In this document: positions 12,383-35,000 of the stretch, piece after piece
Layout: every line of letters starts with the position of its first letter
Position numbering within the stretch: the stretch's first letter is position 1
NCBI GenBank assembly: GCA_009103225.1
Contig: RHPI01003389.1
Coordinates: 248,001 to 312,000 of the forward strand
Direction: 5' to 3'
Source: Chlorokybus atmophyticus
Lineage: Eukaryota > Plantae > Mesostigma and Chlorokybus algae
Length of the DNA: 64,000 nt
The notes under the pieces: model-generated
The model's input: only the letters and a program-made list of their open reading frames with translations
What the model was told of the DNA's origin: nothing
The model's database searches: none
Translations under genes and position numbers: made by a program

Positions 12383-14360
12383 GGGGGGCGGCCGGCTGTG
12401 CGTAAAGCAAGACATACAGCGTCGGTGAGATTGACAGATTGAACCCCTTACATGTATAAATGTACAACAGTGTTACAATGCGCGGTAATATACGTGCCCT
12501 ACCATACCACACGCGTATGCACCTCACATGATAGCCAAACAAAGGCTCATGGTGAGGAGGTTGACGTGGCCGTTGCCTCGTTGCTGCCATGTTGGAGCCT
12601 CCTGGCATGGCATGGCATGGCATGGCATGTGTAAGGAGTGTGGCGCATGCAGTGCATGCTGATATAATGTCTCGGTTTTATGTACACAAAGCCCATTGAA
12701 TCTTTGTATACACACAAAACCGTTGGCTCCCACCTCATATAGGCAAGCGTTGCGTCCGCCTTTGTGGTAGGAGCCTTTGGGGCCACCGATGCTTAGCCTG
12801 ACACTTTTGTAAATACTGCTGTGCCCCACTCAACGATCGCCATTATTACATGCGCTCGCTTCAAGGCGCAAGCTGCCTGCTGTTGGCGTAGCGGCACGAT
12901 TCCTCCTGCTGGTGCTGCTCCACCGCTCCCCCCGCTATGACATCACGCGTGCAAAGCGTTCACCAGCGGGGGAAAGCATTCCGTTGTGACAGTCTGAGAC
13001 TAGCAAGCAAAAGGCAGGGCAGCGTGCATGCGCATTTGGTGCGCGAGGCGTATGCCTTCGTCTTAGCACATGTGATAGTAGCATGATGTTAACTTGTTGC
13101 CGGTATGTCTCTCGTCCTATCGATAATGCACTGTGGCTTACTAGGTGGGGTGCGTGTTGTGCAGAGCGAGTGACTGTCTTTGTTGTACACTCATGTGAGT
13201 GTCTAAGCAATGACACTTATGGCATCGACTAGTCATGGCGATGGTTCCACAAGTTGGCGTTTTTGCTTCGGTTCAACAAGTTGTTTATGGGTGAAAGAGC
13301 GTGTGTATCAAATGCAAGTGTGTATTCTACTAATGGGTTTAAGCTAGCATCTTTGCAAATTTGGTTGAGTACTTCCTTGTGTGCTTGCGATAACCCTACC
13401 TGACAAACATGGCGGTTGTGGGCATAGTGTAAAAAAGGGGTATGATGTTGTGCCAGCATGCGTGGTGCTACAAAAAATGCAAGTGATGTATGCAACAAGC
13501 ATGACACATGCTTGGACATGACACATCACTACAGCAACACTTACCTCAATCACGACCGCCGGGCTGCTTACACACTCTCTATCAATACCCGCTTCACTAT
13601 TCTACTGCCAAACCCCATCATAATGCATGCACTACCTGCCACATTGCCGCATCCACCTTAGCGCCGACACCACAGCTTGACAAGACAACCAGGTGACTCC
13701 CCTCGCCACCTCTCTACTTCACCCTCCACCACATAACACCTCCGTCGCTGCCGACCAGTGCCGCTTTCAGCGGCAGTGCAAGCTTATGGTTTGATGAGTC
13801 CGTACCACAAGCACGCATATCGCTAACATGCAATCCCTGCACAGCTGCGGCCTTGTGTAAGCATTGCTACTTTGTGTATGCGGTAGTGCACAGCAGTCAA
13901 GAAGTACATAATTGTAGCCCGGTGGTAAGGTAGTGTTGTGACCACCGCCGACTGTTTGCAAGTGTGGTATGCGTGACAACATGCTTGTAACACTATGCAT
14001 GTAACCCTATGAGCATACCATCTTTGATACACTATGCAGCGATACCACTTGAACAAAACATGCATATGCATCATATGCTGTGTAATCAATATCAAAATTA
14101 CATCTGTATTTTGCAACAAAGTATTGGCAATGCAAGCATAACGGTTTAAGCAAATACCACCATATCCAAAACCATGAAAGGGTTCATCAATCAATATGCA
14201 TATAAGCATATGACAGTGTACTAAGATGAAAGGGGTCACATTGCAAGCGCAGAACTGACAACCTGATGCTCCCTTCTGTGCAGGTAATGTCATTGTCTTC
14301 TATCATCTTTGCTAATGCTGCTACACATCACTGCATGGTTGTTTCTTCTGCTTGTTTGCC

Positions 14361-14501
14361 CCATTGCCGTGGCCCTTAGATAGTAGTGTCAAGGTAGAGT
14401 GGTTAGGACGAGAGTTGTTGTACAGTAAATGCAAGGGAAGTGTGCTTGTTGTTGAATTTGTGCCCTTGCTGTTGCTGCTTGCCAAGCGCACGGATATATG
14501 C
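14361..14501 (-). repeat. Dispersed repeat copy A (~140 bp), homologous to 30665-30792 in opposite orientation
   Basis: The reverse complement has gcatatatccgtgcgcttggcaagcagcaacagcaaggg...ctaagggccacggcaatgg. Copy B has gcatatatctgtgcgcttgataagcagcaacagcaacagcaagggg...ctaagggccacggcaatgg. The terminal 19 bp match exactly. Confidence 0.85.
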
Positions 14502-15160
14502 ATGCGAATGTGCAAAGCCAGCGATGCGCAATGCGCGAGTATGCATACTGCGACCTTGCACAGCGCAGGGATTGGCTTTGAACCCACTGCAGCGTATATA
14601 GCCAGGGGCCCAAGAGAAAGTGTGCAACTGATGCATACCACGCGCAGGCACATGCGGCAGCCAAACACAACATGACACAACTGCATGCCTTATGAAACTG
14701 CGAGTGCGTCAATTCAAACAGCGGCGCACGAGAATAGCGGCCCCCCTCCCCAGCTGCCTTACTGAGGGAGGACTCAACAGGAAGCACCGAGCGCAAGGGA
14801 GACTGCAGCAAGAGATTGCAATAACCGCAGCCGCCAGGCCTGATGAAGGCTAAAAGCGCAGCGGCCAACCCAGCAGCGCACAAGCTGCTGTGCAGGCAAT
14901 AAAGCAACACGCCGCCAGGCCCGCTAAGGCAACTCCATCAGGCGCACGTAGGCGCAAAGAATGCTAATGACTGCAGAGGGGCGGTAGTAGTCGCTTGCGC
15001 CTGCGCCATAGACTTGACAACAATGCGCGATTGGGTCTGGCCTAGCAATTGTCCCCAACGACAAAAAAACACCTAGCTAATAGAGTAGTCAAACAACAAA
15101 TCGACGGTGAAGTGCGCACCCAGCTCAAACTGCGTATGGTAGTGGGCTTCAAACCGAATT

Positions 15161-18226
<3,066 letters not shown>

Positions 18227-18342
18227 CGCCAACCTCTCCCCTCTTCTTGGCCCTGTCTCTCCCGCTCTCAACACCGCCCCGCACAATCACGATGACAACA
18301 ACCCCGCCAACTACACCGCCGCCGCTGCTGCTGCCGCCGCCA

Positions 18343-18351
18343 AAACCCTAA
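18343..18351 (+). promoter_or_regulatory. Telo-box AAACCCTAA between the DDX3 and desaturase starts
   Basis: Exact plant telo-box, about 120 bp upstream of the DDX3 ATG. Confidence 0.6.
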
Positions 18352-18782
18352 CGTCCAGCTCACGCTATTGAATTCCGCCACATCCACCCTACTTAACACT
18401 TACACCAACTAAACACCCACAACATCAGTATCACGTCACCGTTATCAGCTCTAAACGGGGCAGACACCAGCGCGGCAAACAGTTTGAGTCCGTAATGCGA
18501 TCGGACGGTTTTGAGAGATCCAAACCGCGGCTGTTAGCGACGTGGCATGCTTTTGGAAGCCTGTAAGAGCCTGGAGATACACCTGTTGCTTGTGATATGG
18601 TGTCCCAGATACGCCAAGCGTAAATTGGCGCGCCAGCTGTTGTTTGGTTTGCTGCCATTTCAAACAGCAATTGGCAAATCTCAACAGGCGGCGCAGTGGT
18701 TGCAGGCGGCGGCGGCGGTGCTGGCGTGCGGGGGGGCGCGAGGAAGTTAGGCAGAGTGTCCAAGGGCTAACCAGCAGACTGC

Positions 18783-20650
18783 ATGGCGTCTGCAGCCGTG
18801 GCGGAACCACCCGCCGGGGACAGCGCCGCCTCAGAGACCATGGCAAACGGCGGGCCTGTTAAGCTCATGGACCACATCTTCCCGGAGACCACTGCGGACG
18901 TGCGCCGCCGCCATGGGGCTGCCGGCATGCCGTCGTCAGACTACTTCATTGTGGACGGGCCTCAGGTGCGGCTGTTTGCCTTGCATTGCGCATGTTCTGA
19001 GGCAGCAAACCCTAGCTGAGACAGCGTCGCTGAGGCAACAGAAGTGACTCGAAATGGTCGCTTTGTTTTTTGTCCGTAACGCATTGATCACACGCGCGTG
19101 ATGGTATGGTGCCCATGCTTATTTTGGGGTTGAAGCACACCAGCTTGTCTCAAAACCAGCTGTTTGACTGTGAAGTTGTACGAACTGCACAATGAATCTG
19201 TATGTGAGGTCTAAGGCATGCAATGCGTGTGCACTGCCCTCCTGTTATAGCTGATCAGCGTATTTATCGCGGTTAGTGCAGTTGCATGCTGGCAGTTGTA
19301 TGTTCTGTTCGTCGTGCGATCAATGTCAAGCACTAAGGACTGGCCGTTGAAGTACCAAGTATGTGACGTACCACGCCTGATAGCGTATGCTTGTAGTGTA
19401 CCACGCCTAGCTTAGTATGTGCTCTGTGTCATGGCTTGTGCGACTTCTGGTAAACTATACTGGATTGTGCGAGAGCTTGTCAGGTGCAGCAAATAACCTA
19501 GTGCTGTCAGCCGCAGTGTGTGTTATTGGTTGCCTGCCCGCTCATGTGATAAGCCATTGTTAACTGTGGCATCAACAGGCACACCACAAGCGACACGTGG
19601 CCATCCTGAAGGCGCATCCTGAAGTCAAGCAGCTGATTACCACTGATCCTGCGGTGGCCTGGTGGATTATCGCTGTCAACGTCTTGCAGTTTGGTCTCGC
19701 ATGGGCTGTGCAGCGCTACTTCTCATGGCCTGCCATGCTGGTCTTGTCATACACTGTTGGTAAGCGCAAGTGTACTTGTTAGCCGTGGACACTGTTTGCT
19801 TTGCAATGACGGTGTATATGCTTAGCTTGCTAATTGCGCTGTTGCACAGTTTGCACTGCTTCCATTCGCTATTTCACACGGTCTATATGTTTGCTCAGGC
19901 GCTACAGCTATGCACGCGATGTGGGTTCTCGTGCACGAGTGCACTCACAATGTCGTTCACTCCTCGCCATTGCTGAACAACCTGTTCCTTCTGCTGGCCA
20001 ACTCGTCGATCATCTTCCCGTCGGTTGTGTCTTTCAAGCACTATCACCTCCGCCACCACCAGCACCTCAATGATGTGTACTCCGACCCGGACCTGCCCGG
20101 CCCGTGGGAGATCAACTTTGCTGGCAACAGCGCCCTGGGCAAGGCCCTTTGGCTAGCTGGCTTCCCCATCTTCATGAGTCTGCGCATGCTGCGGTACCTG
20201 CAGAAGCACAACCCCCCGACCGGCTGGGTGGTGGCCAACATCATCTCCCAAGCCATTGTTATCCTTTCCGTCTACCAATTCATCGGCCTGAAGGCCCTGG
20301 TGTACCTCACTATCTCATCTTACTCCTCCATCAGCCTGCACCCCTTTGGCGCCCGCTGGATTCAGGAGCATTATGCATTTTTGCCCCAGCAGGAGACTTA
20401 TTCGTACTACGGTATTGGCAACCTGTTTTGCTTCAATATTGGATACCACAACGAGCACCATGACTTCACGTCTATCCCCGCGAGCAAGCTGCCCGCGCTG
20501 AAGAGCATGGCATCAGAGTTTTATGATCCCCTTTATTCGCACACTTCCTACATTACGCTGTTGTGGAAGTTCATCACAGACCCTTCGCTCACGCTGAGAA
20601 GTCGAGTAGTGCGTGAGACTGACAAGTCTATCCGCACCAATTTTTGGTAA
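18783..20650 (+). CDS. Sphingolipid delta(4)-desaturase/C4-hydroxylase-like (DEGS family) membrane desaturase; 3 exons
   Basis: Three His boxes (HECTH, HYHLRHH, HNEHH), QETYSYYG, and the N-terminal HHKRHVAILKAHPEVKQL segment typical of DEGS proteins. Confidence 0.9.
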
Positions 20651-22211
20651 GATGAGTTGTCATGCGGCACAATTGTAGTCACTAGATGCGTAGTGGACAC
20701 ATTGTATGTGTATGTGTTTGTTGACATTCTAGTTATTTCTTTGTGTGGTTCTTTGCCTGCCAGCCAATAACGGCAGGTTTGCCAGTGTGCAAGCTTTGCT
20801 GCACTTGTGCCATTGCAACATAGCTGTCTGCCTGGGCTCGCACACCCTTATGTTACTTCTGTTGGTCATATGAGAATAATACCAAAAGCAAAGTTAGGCC
20901 TGCAAAACCAGACCGCATCTGCCCAGGCACAGCTTGTTGCAACGGCACAAGAACAACAAATCTTGCACTTTAACCAGGTGGGACTGTTCTTTGTATAAGC
21001 AACAGTACCACTCAGGCCTGGGCTTCAAGTGCAGCCTTGAGTTTCAGCGCTGGTATCAGCATGAGCCCCTGCAGGTGCTGAGTGAGGTGATGATGCGCGC
21101 ATTAGCAAGGTGGTCGGACGGGTCCGCAAAGCTGAAGACACGGGAAGGTGTGGTGTGAGCAGTGATAGGGATATGGTGTTTGTGGTGCCTAGTGTCAGAT
21201 TTGATAACACGTAGAGCATGTTGGGACTGCACCAAGTTGACTGTACATATATGTTGTTGAGCTTTATGCTTCTTCTACGTGAGGTATGTGGTATGTCAGT
21301 TTCGCCACCAACCTTATGCTGGTGACCGAGTAGGGCGCCCGGAGACACTGTTGGTGACACGACAACAACGACAAGAAGCCGTAACGGCTATTGACGGTGT
21401 CGGGGTGCTGTGGTGCAAGGCTGTGCGTGCATGCGTACGTTCATGCATGCGCGTGTGTGCGATAAATGACATGTGGGACCCCTGTACACCTGTACATAGT
21501 AGTGTGTGGGTTTAGTTTTTGTCATGTTTCAGCAATGTCCTGTCAGGTGATTTTTGCTGATTTCAATCAATTGACACGCATCACGATTGCAATGTACCAG
21601 ACTATGCGCAGCACACCGTACAGAGTATCTGATAGTCACCAACATACAGTCAATGCTGCAAGTATGGCACCTGGGGTGGTTGGAACTTCCAACCAACTGG
21701 GAAGGTTACAGTTGTGGTTGATACTGTGGACTCCACATGAGACGATGCAACACTGCACGCATTACCGCCAGCTTGAAAAGAGAGCAACAGCACATGTGAG
21801 GTGGTTGAAGTTCGCTATCTCTGTTCGCCGCTGATTCGTTGATGGTAGACCAATGTACACTTGCATCCCTCAATGCATGCGCACTACTGCAGGTAAACAT
21901 GAGCTCCATAAGGCTATGTGTCTCATACACAGTGCTTGCACTGCACATAGCTAGCCCCCCTCAGCCAGCTCCTTTGGTGAAGTATAGTGTGAGGTGAACT
22001 TGTGTGTTGGAAGTTCATGTGAGTTCATGCGCGTGCTGCTGTGTGCATGACCCCTCAGCCATATGCGTGTGGTTGACCTTGTTACACCTGATACACGCAA
22101 GTTGCGTCTGATATATGCGGCAAAGTTGAGCCGTGCGCACGGGCAACTGCGGAATGTATTACTGACCTTTGACAATCACTCTTCACACAATGGATTGTGA
22201 AAGAGAAAAAA

Positions 22212-29871
<7,660 letters not shown>

Positions 29872-30092
29872 GCCCGCCGCCGCCGCTGCGGCCGTCGTCA
29901 AGCCGCACTGGCGCATGCGACACGAGCAAGGGGGGTCTGCCAGTAAGCCTTCACTCAGAGTGAGAGGCGCAACTCTGCCGGTTGGTAGGTAGTGCGCATT
30001 CTTGTTGCTGTGTGTGCCAGTGTTGGGCATGCTGGTGTTGTGGTTGTGGTGGTTGAGGTCGTGGTTGTGGGGGATAGGGATAGACGCTTGGG

Positions 30093-30485
<393 letters not shown>

Positions 30486-30664
30486 TTTTCATGCTTCGAC
30501 AATGATTGCAGCACGCATCCCACCTTGCAATTCCGTGTGCACATTGGACACAAAACAGGGGATGAGCAAACATTGCGCTGAGTTGTACGCGTTGCTGTGT
30601 TGTACACGCTACAAGGAACTTGCATCGGACATCATGACATCGTATGTTTGGGTAGTATCGTGTC

Positions 30665-30792
30665 GCATATATCTGTGCGCTTGATAAGCAGCAACAGCAA
30701 CAGCAAGGGGACAATTGCAACAACGAACACTACAACCGACCTTCGCCTACCCACCCTACCCTTACACCACTACCTAAGGGCCACGGCAATGG
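30665..30792 (+). repeat. Dispersed repeat copy B, homologous to 14361-14501
   Basis: See copy A. Confidence 0.85.
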
Positions 30793-32014
30793 CATTGCAT
30801 GTGTTTGTTGAGTTGCGACACACAGGACAGTCATCACGTCAAGCCAGGACATGTAGATACAGCTAGCAGCAGGCTCCTTGATAACACGAACATGACAGCA
30901 GTAGGCATGTACATTGACTACTGCTAGCATCGCTGGCTCTCTAGCCACACCATCATGCATCACTTTGGTACTCATCAGTCGCCTCACATATCCTCATACC
31001 CACCCACCCCCACCCACACCACACCCTCCCAGCAAGCAGATGGGGGCGGCGGACAGCCAGACCATGCCCATCTGTCAGAGACATTGTCATAGCAGAGTCT
31101 ATGCAACTCGACTAGCTCAGAGATTGTGGAGCAGGACTTGCAAAAACCAAGAGGGCATGCATGTTTGCAGAGATGATCATGCAAGCCGTTACAACACTCC
31201 GCACCACGCAGTGCAACGAAGCAGCAGCAATAACTTATGAGCACAAGTGAGGTGCTCGGGAGTGCAGAGTCAGCAGGTAGTGTTGGCCAGGTAGTGCCCC
31301 CCGCCGCCCGCGCGCGCACAGAAGCGCAACAACATACGTGTGCTCAATGTGCAATAAGCACTTGGACAATCTTATTGTTTGTCACCGTAAGATTGTTAGT
31401 TTGTTACCACTTGTCACTAGCTGCATACGGTGATGGCATGGACTACCAAATGGGTACTTGAACACCAATGCACATTTGCACATGTCAAGGCAAACACAGG
31501 AGTTGCGAGTGCAGCAGCACAGCGTGCAAAGGAATACATCTCAGAGCAGGGGCCCTTGACAGATGTGTAGCATGATACCTGCACACAAGCAGCAAGGCAG
31601 ACATCGCAGATGCTTGCACCCGCTTGCTTGCTTTGCTAGGGGCATGGGCCAGCCCATGTGGTTGTGATAGTGGTGTGCTCATGCTGAATTGTAACCAAGC
31701 ACTTTTGTTTATTTGCTTTTTTGCTGTGATGCTGTACAATTCCCTCGTCATTCTTTTGTACACTTGACTCCGAAAATGCAGGACAGGAGCCAGAGAATGA
31801 TATGCGACCAGGACCTTGTTGTGTATGACTTGGATTGCTACCAACAAAGTGCACACGATGACATTCGCAAGCCATAAGTTTGTGACAGCACTAGCAAGAG
31901 ACCAGCATGCGCGAGTCTGAACAGTCTGGACAGCTTTGCGCACCAGCGCGTGCTTTCCACATCAATGCTTATCAATAGGCAGGCATCAGGGTCAACCTGA
32001 AGTTGTACTTAGAG

Positions 32015-35000
32015 CTACCGCAATGGCTGTGCTGATTTCAGCAATCGCTTCAATGCAGACAGCCAAACACCACATTCATCCCAATCTGTCATGGTCAAAG
32101 CCACTTGCAGGTGGTTGGCACTCGCAAAGTCACCGGCATCCAAAGCCTGCACGAACAGCGAGGCGTCAGCGGCCATCCTGAAATACAATATGACGAGCAA
32201 TTGCATAAAACTGCATGAACCGTACCTTGCACAGCTGCAGCAACTTGTCAACAACACCGGGTGACACATCACCAATGTTCAACTTGAAGAGCAGGGTTGC
32301 AATACGCTTCGAGTTGTCATCCATCTCGCGGCGTTTAGCAGGGTGGTTAGCAGCAGCACCAGCACACGTCTCATACAACCGAGTCAACGATGACACGATT
32401 GGCTTAAGATTGCCTGTTCAAGCTATGCTCAGAAACACGACAACCTGTGCCACGACATGGCATTGGATAAAATCTCACCTTGCACTTGTGACGTGTCCAC
32501 AGTACCCATGCTAATATTGGTAGGGACGACATTCACAGGTGGTGACGGAGGAGGTGCGGGCTGTGCTGCCGGTGGCAGAGGGGCAGGCATGGACTGTTGC
32601 TGTAGTTGTTGCGGTTGCAAAGGCATCGTCTGTGGTTGCATCTGCATCTGCATCTGCTGCGGTTGCATAGCTTGAGGAGGCAACACCTGCATTGGTGGTG
32701 GGGGACCTTGTGGCCCGCCCGGGCGCTGCATCTGTGGCTGGGGGACTGAAGGCGCGGGTTGCATGGGCTGCATGGGTTGCAATGGGGGTGGTATGTTTTT
32801 GGGTACAAAGACTCCCGCAGGAGGTGCATATGCGCCAGGACGGGGGGGACCCTGAGGCATCATTGCCGACGGAGCCTGAGATGCACAACAGTTCTAAGAC
32901 AACATTGCAGATAAACGCTTCTCCACATAGTTGACATGAATGCTGCATGTCAGCAGCATGAACGTGCTGCAGCACCTGGTAAGCTGGCGGCCCAGACGCG
33001 AGTTGGTATGATGGCGGTGCCGGGGTGGCCACGGGAGCTGGCTTCATCATGGTTGGTTGCTGCGGTGGAAGGTTTGCGGGCGGCTGGTACTCAGGGGCCG
33101 AGTAAGTTTGCTGAGGGGGCGTAAACACCGTTGGCATGGATGGTCCAGTGTACTGCGACGATGCAGCATACTGCGACGGTGCAGTGTACTGCGGAGGTGC
33201 AGCTGTTGTTGCAGGTGTATAGTACTGCTGACTGGACGCACCAGGTTGCGGAGCGTAGGTAGACGGCTGCTGGTACTGCTGCAGACCAATGTCAACAACT
33301 TGATGTATAGACTGGCAGAGCGAAGGCACATCATGGTTGGCAGCACCAAAGATGAATAACCTTACCGATGAGTAAGCAGACGTGTCCATGGCTGGTGTGG
33401 GATACAGCGTATTGTCAACAGCCTTGCGACTGCCAACAGGTGCTGCTTGTTGATACGCTGTTGTGGATGCTGGCTGCGTCTGGTAAGCGGTCTGGTAGGA
33501 CTGCTGGGCGGCAGCGTACTGGGGCTCTTGCTGCTGCTGCTGCTGCTGCTGGTGTTGTTGCTGACTGTCTGCTTCGCTTGTAGTTGCCTGAGGCTCCTCA
33601 AGTTGGAATGGGAATGCTGGTTGCGGCACGTCAGGTGGCAGCTCAACTGCACACCAGCAACAGCAATCAGCCACCAACATGCTGCATTACACAATGGAAT
33701 ACTGCATGCCATTGCGCCACCAGCTCTCCACCCACCCTTCTCTCGCGCACCCTTGACTAGCAATGCAACACTGCAAAGAGTATGCTAGGGAGCAGACGTT
33801 GACCAACAAGTAACCTACCGTTGCCGCTTCGGTAAATGCGATCTTTCAGTACTGCCGCATCATCAAAGCTCTCATCCTCCTTCACCATGCCCAAGTACTG
33901 CATGGCTGTCACAAGGCGACCTTGGCTTGCTAGCAGCTCAGCATACCCAGTGATAAGTTTTGACATAGTTTCTCCGGCATGTTTACGACCGGTTGCTGTC
34001 GACAGCACCACAGCCTTTTCGATGATGTCCTGAAGTAGCAATGCTCACAATCAGCTTCAAAGTCAATGGATTGAGCAACTCACAATGTTCAAGTGCAACA
34101 CACTAACCTGGAGTGTCTCCACGGAGGCTTTTGAAGATGTTTTGTACTTCTGAGACCACATTGACACGGCTTGTTCAATGCTGCCAGCGCAGATATAGCA
34201 CAGTGTGGCTGCCTGTGACACCAATGTTGGTCAGCAGGCACAAAGCCACATCACTGCAACCAACAAGGGTACGGTTGCAAACGCTGTTGTACGTAGCGGC
34301 AAGTTTTTTTTTTTGGGGGGCATGCAGTAATATGGACTAGACAATGTGCGTGCATGCATGCTGTACTGAGGTTTGGTTGGTGTTGGTACCTGAGGGTCAA
34401 CAGGAAGAAGGCGTGCAGCAAGAGCTTCACACAACGGTGCCCACTCCCTGGGAGCTGCATATGTGCACAACAATGCCAGAGTCTCCTTCCATTCATGCAA
34501 CGGTCGTACTTTAATCAATTCAAACAAATCCTTCTTCATGACAGCTGACATCAACTGCATAGACAAAGGAAGTTAGTGCAGGAGCAACGTACTGCTCCAC
34601 TGACTCGCAGCAGCTGTTGCAAAGCTGATAATGCGCAAGCTTAGCAGCAGCTGAGACAGCATACCCTCATGTACGGCCGCGGGTGCCGCAGTATGAACAT
34701 GTCCTGTGTCTTTTGCCAAAGCGCGGTGCCGCCCACGGAAGCCAACAATAGAGCATCGGCCAGTCTGTCAGCTGCTATGCATGCAGCAACTGCAGCTTCG
34801 TAATTGCCCAGAACAAGCGCTCGCTGCACAGCCATGTCGACTTCATCTGCTGTTCCATTGGAGTCTGCAGCAATGGGCATGGTCAGCTCATAGAACCAAA
34901 CAGTAAGGGGGAAAACAGCAAAAAAATACGAAGGAACACACAACTGGGGGATGGGAGGGGGCGCCACCAAAAAGCTACAGAATTGTAAGTACCTTTGTTG

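Noticed and set aside
12185-12623. Poly-X ORFs
   Set aside because: Artefacts of the N gap.
13538-13560. acttacct resembling the U1 snRNA 5' end
   Set aside because: The downstream sequence does not match U1 and has no Sm site. The motif is simply the complement of a donor-like sequence.
20934-21360. Short ORFs between the desaturase and the AAA gene
   Set aside because: No homology cues or consistent splice chain; probably convergent 3' UTR sequence.
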